This document shows, one piece after another, positions 54,001 to 63,900 of a DNA stretch of 64,000 nucleotides. The translations under genes and the position numbers were made by a program. Each line of letters begins with the position of its first letter. Within the stretch, counting starts at the first letter, position 1. Source of the DNA: a virus. The stretch is from the UHGV virus genome UHGV-1368455; one strand, given 5' to 3'. The notes below the pieces were generated by a model. It saw nothing but the letters and a program-made list of their open reading frames with translations. It ran no database searches and was not told where the DNA came from.

Positions 54001-57000
54001 CAAATACTGACACAACTATTGCAACAGATAATACTAATCTTGAACGTGCAGAATCTCAACAAGCACAAGCAACTGTTGGTGCTCCAGAGCAAGAAGTTGA
54101 AACTCGTCAAACAGGACATGAACATGATGTTAATCCTATGCAAGTTGATGTTGCACAAGATGAAGCAGAAGTACAACGCAAACTTGCTCAAACAATAGAT
54201 GCTAATTCTCTTAGAGCTGAACTTGCTGCTCGTAAATATGTTATGCAAATAGGTTTTAAAGAAGGTGCTAAACTTGATGCTATTACACAAGCTTTACAAA
54301 ATAAAGACGAAAGTAAACTTGCAGAGTTTATTCAAGAAATTACTGATTTCCTTACTAAACAAGGTTTTGATGATGATATTTCTAAAATAATGGCGCAACG
54401 TGCTCTTGTTAGTACTATAAATATGTATGGCGCTATGAATGAAAAAAGTGCATTTGGAAGACTTGCGACTCAATTAGCAATTGGTCTTAATGAAGCTGCT
54501 GCAAAAAAATATAGTGCTACTGAACTCATTAACGGAAAAGGTCTCGATGAAGTAGTTGATGCCTTTATGGAAGAGTTTGTTAAGGTTACTAATAATCTCA
54601 AACTTAGTAATGGCAAATATATTATTAATCTTAAAACATTATTTAATTATCTTATTCATAATGAAAGTATTGATGGCAAGACTGCTGTTCAAATTTATAA
54701 TAATCTTAATGAATATATAGCTTCGTCAGTTAATACTAAATATATATTTACAGGTTATGATACTAAACGCGGTCTTTATCAAACTGGTGAAGAGTTCATT
54801 CATCAAGTTGAAGAACAACGCAAACAAGAGATTTCTTCTCGCAATCAAATGCACATTCATCTTATTGAACCTGAACAAAGAAATAAAGAGTTCAATGATG
54901 CAATGCTTGCTGCTGCCAACGGCGCCCCATCGCATATTGAAGAACAAAGAAATAAAGCAGGCGAACTTACTAACTTAAATGTTATTGTTGATTGGGAAAA
55001 GAATGGTAAGAAAAAATCTACCAAAATAGGTATTCTTCGTACTGTTCATTATTCACAAGATGCTCGTAAGATATATCCTAATTCTCATTATAGCGGCTTC
55101 AGAAATGAAATTACAAGAAATGATGATGGTACTGTAAGTCTTGATTGTGATAATCTTTTCTATGCTATTTGTGATGCAACTACTACTGATGGATTTAATC
55201 TTCGTAATGCTATTGCTGATTATTTTGAAAAACGTTTAGCTTTACTTCAAGATGAAAGTCTTACTCCTGCCGGATTAAATAAAGCTCTTAATGCTCTTAT
55301 TACTCCTGAATTTATCAGTAGTATTGTAGATAATCCGCTTATTGAAGAACTTATTAATCAAGGTAGATATAAACCTTATGTTGAAGCTGAAGATATAGAA
55401 GATATACATGACGACGAGAAGAGTATGCGACGTCTTACTGCTATTCGTCTTGCCGAAGATATTTCTAAAGTACTTTTCTATGCTGATGGTTATGCTGAAA
55501 ATAATGTAGCTTCTGAAGTTAACGATTTCGCTGTTGATAGTTATACACTTCGCGAACGTTATAAAACATGGAAAGATAAAGTATATGATAATTATACTCA
55601 TACTTATGAACTTCAAAAAGCTATAAATAATAATGAAAATAAAAGTGCAACTATTAATGTTAATGTAGGTTTTGTTACTCGATTAAATGAAGCTCCAGAA
55701 GATTCTCAACCAAATATTGCCGACCAAGATTTTAATCCTATACCTAATACTGATGGATACACTCCATTTGTTTATTATAGTAATGGAAAACTTGTAGATG
55801 AATATGGTAACGATTATGGTTATGCTCCGTCTGGATTTGGTGATTATTCTATGGGTTTTATTGTTCATACTGATGGAGTTCAATCTTTTATAGCTGCTTG
55901 TAGAACAACTGCTAATGTTAAAAATACTAAAATGCATAAAGCTGTTATTGCCGAAGTAGCTGATATTATTACTGCTCAAATTAATAATATTAATAATTCT
56001 AATCATGCAGATAATTTTAATGTTGTCAAAGAAAGATTAGAAGAACTTTTTGGTCCTGGAGGTCTTTTCTATTTTGGTAATATTAATCTTGTTACTGATT
56101 CTAATGAACGATTTATTACTATACAATATAAACAAGGTAGAGGTAAAGATGCAAAATATACTAATATAACAACATTTCATTCTATTAATAAAGATGGAAT
56201 TACTCCAAGTAATGCCATAACTATATATGATAACGCCGGTAAAGTACTTACTAATATTACTTCTATTAATGCTGAAACTCAAGGAATACTTAATAAACTT
56301 ACTCAAACTTTGACTGATAATTTTGTTATTAATAGAAGTCAAATAGGCATGACCAAACAAACTAAATCTGGTGGTACTCCTCGAATATTTACTTGGAATG
56401 GCGAAAACTTTATTGTTCATCTTGGCGCTAAAGATTATACTTATAAAAATTATGGAGATTTTATTTTTCAAACTGCCGGTTTTACTACCAATCTTGTGAG
56501 TAAAAATGGTAGCTTTGTTACGAGATATATTGATACTCGTCATGTTACTATGGATACTCATATTAATAAAAAACAAAAAATTACTCAAAAAGCTAATACA
56601 GCTGTTTCTGATTATCTTTATAATGAACGTAATCCAAAACGTAAAACAGCCGATACCGAAGAAATACTTAAACGTGCTGGTGTTCCACAAGAAAAAATAG
56701 ATATACTTCTCGGTACTAATAGTAAAATTCCTTTTGTTACTAAACAAATATCTTTATCTAACGTTGATGATGGTAAGACTAATGCTTTTTATAATAAAAA
56801 AGATAAAAAGATATATATAACTCCTCGTGGAGCTTCCGTTATGAATGGTAGTTCTACTAATGCTATTCGTATTATATTACACGAAAATATACATAGATTA
56901 TTTAATAGTAGTAAATATACTAACGCTGAACGTCAACGAATTGTTACAGAACTTGAAGATGTTTATAATTTTGTTAGACAAAAATTTATCGAAGAACATG

Positions 57001-57776
57001 ATAATGGTAAAATTAATGATGCTTTTTTCAATTCTGTAAATAAAGTTCTCGATACTACACAAAGTTATGACAATCAACAAACTCGTATGGAAGAATTTGT
57101 TGTAGAATGTCTCACTCAACCATTATTTACTGAATGGCTTAATAATACTCAATATGATAATGAAAGTAGTGTTCAAGGTATTAAACAAAGCAAAAAATCT
57201 ATACTGCAAAAATTAATGGATATTTTGCTAAATTTATTTGGTATTAAAGACCGAAAAATAAATGATTTTAGTATCTTAGCACGTGAATATGTAATACTTG
57301 GTAAAGGTAATAATCCTACTACTAATAATGATTTATTTAGTCAACATCTGACTACAACATCGACTGCTGCAAATACTGTCGATACAGATAACACAAACTC
57401 CCCCGTAGAGGGACAGCCGGCATCTCCTACTGCTATTGATAATCAACCGCCTGCTATTAACCCTGCTACTGGTGAAAATGTAGAAACTACTACAAATGAT
57501 TATATTCCTATTGATGAAGACGGTGTATTTACTATGCCTGACGATGAAGATTATGACCCTGCTGATGGTCTTAAAGCTGCTACTGATTTGATTGAAAATA
57601 ATGATACTACTGCTGAAATATATTCTGTTCCTATTGCTGATGGTGCTGATATTAGCACATTTGGCGTTCGGACGGTTAACGATATGAGCGATTTTGTTAA
57701 TACGTTCCCGATGCAATATCGTGCCAATATTAAGCAAATACTGGCTTCTAATGAACTTAACTATACTTGTGCTTAG
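51063..57776 (+). CDS. giant 2237-aa virion (cargo) protein; contains an HExxH motif (LHENIHRLF, about 56880-56906) and two motif-encoded linkers
   Basis: Long uninterrupted ORF; motif copies at 53966 and 57398 lie in Q/T/N/P-rich linkers. Confidence 0.55.
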   Translation: MPNNVITGNSFVDKIRPYIPNPEYNPKTKKGRVQPPILVDSSAPAINDNFMSRTMNSVNRLTFTGRELGFTNEEIESDADLGITLSPYNTVDELNKARADSQSALSQFGNFLAQAGLGEVLVGTMEGFGNIFDGAKQFVTGDNYESSAWTRFWEDIHNDIKDKFKIYRENPNADWDLSDFGWWMDNAVSVATTASLMIPAAGWARGISMLGRIGKIGKGINAVTRWASKGLSNWSKAARTGNKYAQIRAAASINKTINNAAEITGTALLSRTGENYMEGRQVYDEVYTNSKENLDNMPDTEFQKFLARHPEFRNQSKDDIAKEIARQSANETFYNDYWMLLMDIPQFKALGSLWGKPMQRASKASERIAAENVRRTLAGKKAEDLIKNNLLNRTKEGFKYAFKHPTKSAVITQLGEGFEEMYQGIQSEKGMEVATKYFDPSFTPRSLTSYFTDGSIWEQGFWGWIGGMAFTPAGQAIQKGSHAIKGLYNKKHMTAEEYEQWQRANRNIGAEKINNVTITAKEFIDNMNKINEGKNPFNFVVNKDTGTKIIKDGQLVEETIDDEQKELLKQEAIDKFVTDTAFDAIDSGVYPLMQEILNSSEFDQYLTKNGATVNGNDKAISKEISNRMEAISDMYQNELRNVNNLTDKANPFATIAAARSLVRTKLQLEDYENQLGNIAARMEEANDNQTDFNPYIERRKYNYAKRQLDNIERQEQIIATQYANKEIGASARDQYMKELDAQRKVWQDYIMNNTSKGAIEETMRTIQEDESIPDNMKKDFYTIMRNLDKQIASATEVSIPSDTIKELIDEEITIESRRNYTQAQLPLDEADYKNVYNEFAMAMDQMYRKRIDGDIDTVKNYLNNAKDLDEAINNVLSENTGISKVDNALKSIRYGYFNQNKDMRGQITNNLQMELIIEEARKNRKKAENLQAEAEQSGTVLPESEAGQQQEQEEAAINQQETQDENGNPSTGEVEQTTTANTDTTIATDNTNLERAESQQAQATVGAPEQEVETRQTGHEHDVNPMQVDVAQDEAEVQRKLAQTIDANSLRAELAARKYVMQIGFKEGAKLDAITQALQNKDESKLAEFIQEITDFLTKQGFDDDISKIMAQRALVSTINMYGAMNEKSAFGRLATQLAIGLNEAAAKKYSATELINGKGLDEVVDAFMEEFVKVTNNLKLSNGKYIINLKTLFNYLIHNESIDGKTAVQIYNNLNEYIASSVNTKYIFTGYDTKRGLYQTGEEFIHQVEEQRKQEISSRNQMHIHLIEPEQRNKEFNDAMLAAANGAPSHIEEQRNKAGELTNLNVIVDWEKNGKKKSTKIGILRTVHYSQDARKIYPNSHYSGFRNEITRNDDGTVSLDCDNLFYAICDATTTDGFNLRNAIADYFEKRLALLQDESLTPAGLNKALNALITPEFISSIVDNPLIEELINQGRYKPYVEAEDIEDIHDDEKSMRRLTAIRLAEDISKVLFYADGYAENNVASEVNDFAVDSYTLRERYKTWKDKVYDNYTHTYELQKAINNNENKSATINVNVGFVTRLNEAPEDSQPNIADQDFNPIPNTDGYTPFVYYSNGKLVDEYGNDYGYAPSGFGDYSMGFIVHTDGVQSFIAACRTTANVKNTKMHKAVIAEVADIITAQINNINNSNHADNFNVVKERLEELFGPGGLFYFGNINLVTDSNERFITIQYKQGRGKDAKYTNITTFHSINKDGITPSNAITIYDNAGKVLTNITSINAETQGILNKLTQTLTDNFVINRSQIGMTKQTKSGGTPRIFTWNGENFIVHLGAKDYTYKNYGDFIFQTAGFTTNLVSKNGSFVTRYIDTRHVTMDTHINKKQKITQKANTAVSDYLYNERNPKRKTADTEEILKRAGVPQEKIDILLGTNSKIPFVTKQISLSNVDDGKTNAFYNKKDKKIYITPRGASVMNGSSTNAIRIILHENIHRLFNSSKYTNAERQRIVTELEDVYNFVRQKFIEEHDNGKINDAFFNSVNKVLDTTQSYDNQQTRMEEFVVECLTQPLFTEWLNNTQYDNESSVQGIKQSKKSILQKLMDILLNLFGIKDRKINDFSILAREYVILGKGNNPTTNNDLFSQHLTTTSTAANTVDTDNTNSPVEGQPASPTAIDNQPPAINPATGENVETTTNDYIPIDEDGVFTMPDDEDYDPADGLKAATDLIENNDTTAEIYSVPIADGADISTFGVRTVNDMSDFVNTFPMQYRANIKQILASNELNYTCA
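53966..53981 (+). repeat. dispersed motif copy TCCCTCTACGGGGGAG (NPSTGEVEQ)
   Basis: Exact; extended identity with the copy at 41601. Confidence 0.9.
57398..57413 (-). repeat. dispersed motif copy (CTCCCCCGTAGAGGGA), in-frame SPVEG
   Basis: Exact. Confidence 0.9.
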
Positions 57777-57802
57777 TGATTAATCAACTATATATACTAA
57801 AT

Positions 57803-57848
57803 GGATTGTGGGGCTAATAACAGCTTTCACAATCCATAATATTTTTTC
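57803..57848 (+). terminator. rho-independent terminator candidate after the 2237-aa gene
   Basis: GGATTGTG pairs with CACAATCC (8 bp), 17-nt loop, then ATAATATTTTTTC. Confidence 0.5.
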
Positions 57849-57909
57849 AAAACAACAAATTCAAACTATTGTTCATTATAGTGATGAATCTTATAACGGA
57901 GATAGTAAT

Positions 57910-60900
57910 ATGAATTGTACAATTAATGACCTTAATTTATCATTTGATAAAGATAATCGGCTTCGTACCACAATTGGACGTGTGGCTGGTTGGAGTGTTG
58001 ATAAGGCTTATGTCCTTGCAAGTTTTCTTCAAGATGAAAGTTTTAAGAAGTATCTTTCTAAAATGCTTACAGATAAAGATATTATAGGAGGTGCTGCTAT
58101 TGACTTGAAGAATATAACCGATAACGATTATATAAATATTAATCAGAATAAACTTGGTAGTCTGCTTAATGTTTATTATATTGACCATTATCATAGTGTA
58201 AATAATAGTAAAACTAATAAAGCTCTTGGTAGACTCAATGGCTTTAGTAGTGGTACAGCTAAAACTGTGGGCTTAAATTATACAGCCGACCGTATTATTG
58301 ATAAATACTATGACGAATTTGGTAAAGCTAAACCTAAAAAATCACAAGAAATAATTGCTGAAGTTATTAATGATATTGAGCATGAACTTTATAAGCAAGT
58401 TAATTTATTTGCAAATAATGTTATTAGTAGCGATAAATATTCTAAAGCAGCTCGTGATTATGCTCAAAAATTTATAGATATTATTAAACGTATTGAAGAA
58501 AATAATAATAAAATAAAAGAAACTACTATTTTCGCCAATGCTAATAAAAATCAACTTCGTCAATATAATGGTAAAAAAGTTACTGAAGAAGAAAAATCTA
58601 TAATTAAACGACTTACCGATATTGATAAACAATATAAAGAAGAACTCGCTTCGCTTGGTAAAGATAATGCTCGCGCCGCGTTAGACCGTTATGTTATTGC
58701 ACAAAACTTAGTTAATCTTTATGCAAACAATGTTGATGGTGCTTTGAATAAACGTCTTCGTAACTTTGCTAATCTTGTTGCTCAAATGAAAGGAGATACA
58801 AATGGTTGGTTCTTTCAAGTTATGAATACTAAACGTATGACTTCTATTGTTAAAGAATTTAATAATATTGGTGACATAGAAGAATATATTGAACAACAAG
58901 ACGAAAATAATGACAATATTATTGATAAATATAATGGTCAAGATGTAGACCAAACTACTAAATCTTGGGAAGATAGTCTTTATAAATCTTTTAATTCTGC
59001 CATTAGCGGAAAGATGAGAATTATACTTTCTCGTGTTCCTAAACTTTCTTCTCCTTTTAATCCTACTGCTGAAATACAATCGCTTGATACAGAAAATGAA
59101 CTTGGAGTTAAAACCTATATGGATGCTCAATTTATTACTGTTCAAATGTTTAGCTTTGGTGATTTCAGTGATATTGAATCTATGGTTAGAAGCATTGAAC
59201 GTAGAGCCAATACTGTTGAAGAACTTTATGGTATTGGAATGCTTGTTAATCAAATGAAACAAGATAAAGTTTTTGCTAATTATATGTATGCCAATTTCGC
59301 TAAACCTCTTGTTAATAAAACAATGTGTGTTATTAGCGATTTAACTAAAGAAAGTGGTATTACTTTTAATTATAGTAATGCTAATGCTTTCTATTCTACT
59401 AAAATGGCATTTGATATGATGAATAAACTTCGTGCTTCTTATAATACTCAATATGATATTAACGATTATAAAACTATTCAAGCCCTTGGTAATAAACTTC
59501 GCAATCCTAAACTACCAATAGAATTTGATGATACTGAAATTATTTACAATACTTTACTTAAATATTTTCCTAATATTAAACGTGAAGTTTATGATAATTT
59601 TTTACGTGGAATTAAAGATGATAAACGCAATGCTTTAATTAATTTTACTCAAAATCTTATAGCTATTATTAATGGCGCTGGTGCTCTTAAAACTAAAATT
59701 AACACTGCTATTGAAGAATCTAATAGAAAATATAATAATGCTAAGAAAAAGTTTAATCAAGATTATAATGCCTATTTGGAAGCTGGAGATACTCAAGCTG
59801 TTAAGCAAATGAAGTATCCAACTTATCAAGGAGTTGATTATACTGAATATGATTTAGACCCTAATACTCTTAAAGCTGTTATTAGACTTGCAGAAAATCT
59901 TTCAGATTATTCTGCTTCTAAAGCTCGTCTTAATACTGCTAACGCTGAGGGCAATACTGCTTCTGATGTAACTAAAAACTGTTATATAACACGTTTCTTT
60001 GAACAAATTAATGCTGGTACAGAAGAAGATTCTAATGCTGGCCTTCATGCTTTATTAGATTATATAACACAAGGTACTGAAAATGGTAAAGAAAATCAAT
60101 ATTCTAATAATCCTCTTTTCTTTGGTGTTAAAGATGAAAATGGAAGAGTAATTATACCTGGCATGTTTACTCGTGTCGGAGATATATTTAATATTAATAA
60201 AAACGCTAAAGAAATACTTAATTATAGTCTATTTGACGGTACAAAGAATACTCAAAGCGGAAATGGTAGTGGATATGCTTCTATGTCTAAACTTGATTTC
60301 TTTGTTACTCAATATATAGCTTATGCTAATAGCGTTGGAGATATTAATGAGAATGGTATAAATAAGAAAATAGGTAATCTTGACAGTTCTGTTTATGCTA
60401 TGCGTATTGGCAGTGATGCACCTAAAATTTATATGATACGCGCTCCTCGTTATAATTATCGCCAACTTCAATATGCTTTCTATAATCATCTTATGGATGA
60501 ACTTAATATGTATGTTAATAGTCTTAATAAGATATTTAGAAAGAATAATGCTGGAGAATATAAACTTATTACTACTACTAATGGTCTTTATGGTAGAGCA
60601 TTCTTTGATGAAGGTGCTGCTGATAATCTTCGTAAAGACGGAAAGAAAGATATGTCTAAAGCATTTGTTGAAGAAAATAATGGTAGACTTCAACTTGCTG
60701 GTAAAATGTTTAAGTTTCTACGTCTATTTGATGCTAATGGACATAGTGCAGCAACAGATATTGAAACTGTACTATCTCTCTACGGGGGAGTTGATGCGAA
60801 TGCAACGTCGTTATTTATCAAAGACGGCAGAACTAAACTTAAACTTAATAAAGATTATATTAATAGTGAAAATGGTTTTATTAAAGAATTAACTGATGAA

Positions 60901-63900
60901 CAAGGTACTCGTTTTGTACTTGATTTAGGTGCTACTCAAAAGAAAGCTCTTTTGAACATTGTCGATAATTGGATGAAAGATGTTCTTCAAGAATCTACTG
61001 CGAGAACAAGTGATTTCGTTCAAGCTATGGAACATAATAATATTCAATATACTCAACCTATGATTCAAAGTTTTATTCTTAACGCTTTGAATATGAATAT
61101 GAATTATGATGATATGTTTGAAGGAGATTTTAAGTTTTATAATAATGCTCGTGATTTCCTTAAACGTACAAAAGAAAGTCAAGCTGGAGGAGATGGTTGT
61201 AGCGGTTATAGATTAACGGAACTCCCCCGTAGAGGGATAACTGAGAATACTTATTTTGGCGAGCCTGAAATTATAAATGTTAAGACTGCTAAAAATACAG
61301 AAGCTGGGACTTATATTGTTCCTACTTATGATAATGGTAGTATTGTTAACAAGCCTATGACTGCTCGTAATGGTTTTAGAGCTGTTACTATTCATAATAC
61401 TATTAAACCTTCTGATGTTGCTATGGACTTGCAAGAAACTCTTGAAGAGGAATTTATTTCTCAAGGTATGAGTAAAGAGGACGCTCATGCACGTTCAGTT
61501 AAAATCGCTGGAGGTTATTTTGCTCAAACAAAAGTTAATGATGCGCAGTCATTTATTACTCTTGAAGAATTTATACGTCGTAAATATGCTGATGGTACTA
61601 TTGGCAATTATCAAGATTTAATTGCTCAACTTCTTGACCCGAATGTTAAAGCTGAAGATATTGATGTAGACGCTGTTAATGCTCGTATTCAAGTTCAAAA
61701 GAACTTCTATTTTGATAAGCAATTCGACCCTTATACTGGAACTTTTGTTCCTCGTCAAATTAAAAACGCTGAATTTGTACTTATTCCTAAATTGCTTCCA
61801 CAAGATAGCGATTTAATAAAAGTTTATGAGTGGATGCGTGCTAATGATATTGGACAGCTTAATACAGCTGAAACTGATAAAGCCGCTAAGAAAAATATAT
61901 TTACTATATGGAGTGAAGATACAGGTGAATTTATTGACCCTCGAAATAATAAAAAATTTAGAGAAGATTATATTCAAAATTATTATTATCAATATCTTTA
62001 TAAACAACAAGATGTTCCTCAACACATGATTAATGAGGAAAATAAACTTGGAGCACAAATTCAAAAGAAGATTATTGATAATGTTTCTACTGCATCTAAA
62101 CAAGTTCAAGATTGGGCTAATGAATATCAAGAAGCTCTTGTTGAAAATATTAGAGAAGATTATATTAGATTTCTTGATAGAATGGGATGGGAATATGATT
62201 CTGAATCTGGTCATATTGTCAACAGCGAATATGCTACAAAAGATGCAAATGGCAATCCTCTTCCTGCCGAAGTTATTAAATCGAATAGAGAAACATTAAA
62301 TCTTACTGATTTTTATACTCGTGCTCGTGAAGAAGCCGCTCGTTTAGGTATGGATAGTAATTTTATAGAATATCTTATTCCCAACGAATTTGGTGTTACT
62401 ACTATGCCTAACTTAATGAATAATGTTGCTTCTAAACTTGAAAGTGTAGCACAAGCTTTATTTAATAGAACTGTTACTCGTCAAACTATGCCTGGATGGC
62501 ATGCTGCTCAAGTTACTGATGTTGGTTATAGTCGTCGTCTTCTTAAATTTGACCCTAAAACTGGCGTTATGGAAGTTTATCTTCCTCGTTGGAGTAATCT
62601 TCTTCCTAAACCTAAAAATGCTGAAGAAGAAAAGAAACTTCTTGAACAAATAGCTAAAGAAGGACTTGATATACATCTCGGTTATCGTATTCCTACTGAA
62701 GGTAAACAATCTATATCTGTTCTTAGAGTAGTAGGTTTTACTAACGATGCGCTTGGTTCTACAATAATTGTTCCAGAAGAATGGGTTACTCAAACTGGTT
62801 CTGACTTTGACGTTGATAGTATATATGGTATTAGTTATGAAATATATGCTAAGAAAGATAAGAAAGGTAACATAACTGTTTATAAAATACCTTGTGAAGA
62901 AGATAAAGTAGATAACGACAATCTATATATTAACTATGTAAACTCTCGTCTTGAAGATAAAGTTAAACGTAGCGATATAGGTGAAGAAATTGAATCTCGT
63001 ATTAAAGAACTTCGCGATAGTCTTAAAGCTCAAATTGGAGATAAACTTAATTCTAATAACGCTGCATTTGTTGCAGTTGATACTCAACGAAATGAATTAT
63101 TTAATAAACTTCCTGCTTGGGCACGTGGTATTATAGTTAATGAGCAAACAAAAGCTAAACGTGTTGCTAAGAAAGATAAAGTAAGTGTTGATTTGCGTGG
63201 TGAATATCAAGTGATTAATAAATTGTTTGATGAACAACTTACTAAACGTAACTTAGATGATGCTACTGCCGATATTATTAAACAATATATGGACTATCAA
63301 ACTTCGTTGATTAATATAATGAACGAACAAGATGGTATTACTACTTTTGATAAAGACGAATATATTAGTTCTAAAAAAGATATAATTGCTACTGCTGTTG
63401 AGAATGCTCGAAAAGAACAAGTTAAACTTTGCGAAAGTAAAGCTAATGAAGTCGGGTTAATGAGTTATGACGACTTTATTAAACAACCTCTTATTAAACG
63501 TCTTTCTCGTAAAGCTCGCAATAATTATATTCTTGATAGAATGATTAATATTATGAACGATAGAAGTTCTCGTGAAGAACAGTATGGTCGTTCACAATTT
63601 GAAGGTATTGCTGGTGAAGAAACTTCTGCTAATGATATTATTAATAAAATAAGTGGTCAATCTAAACGTAGTTATAGTCCTTATAATCCTCTTGACCAAC
63701 TCGATTACTTTGAAGATGCAATGGGGGGCGCTCGTCTTAAAGCTCTTTCTGTAAATTGGGATACATTTGTTAGTAAATGTAATAGAACTCATCCAATTCT
63801 TAGTGAAGAAGATGCTGTTGAGTTTGTACTTCCCGATGAACACATAGAAGATAGCGCTATTGATTATGATATTAAATCTATAAAGAAAGCATATCCTGAT

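Noticed and set aside
6548-56747. Numerous 60-280-aa minus-strand ORFs embedded in the large plus-strand genes (for example 6548-7108, 12786-13628, 23515-24195, 24253-24900, 56037-56747)
   Set aside because: All lie antisense within long, well-supported plus-strand ORFs and are rich in I/F/N/K/S from AT-rich antisense codons; no independent support.
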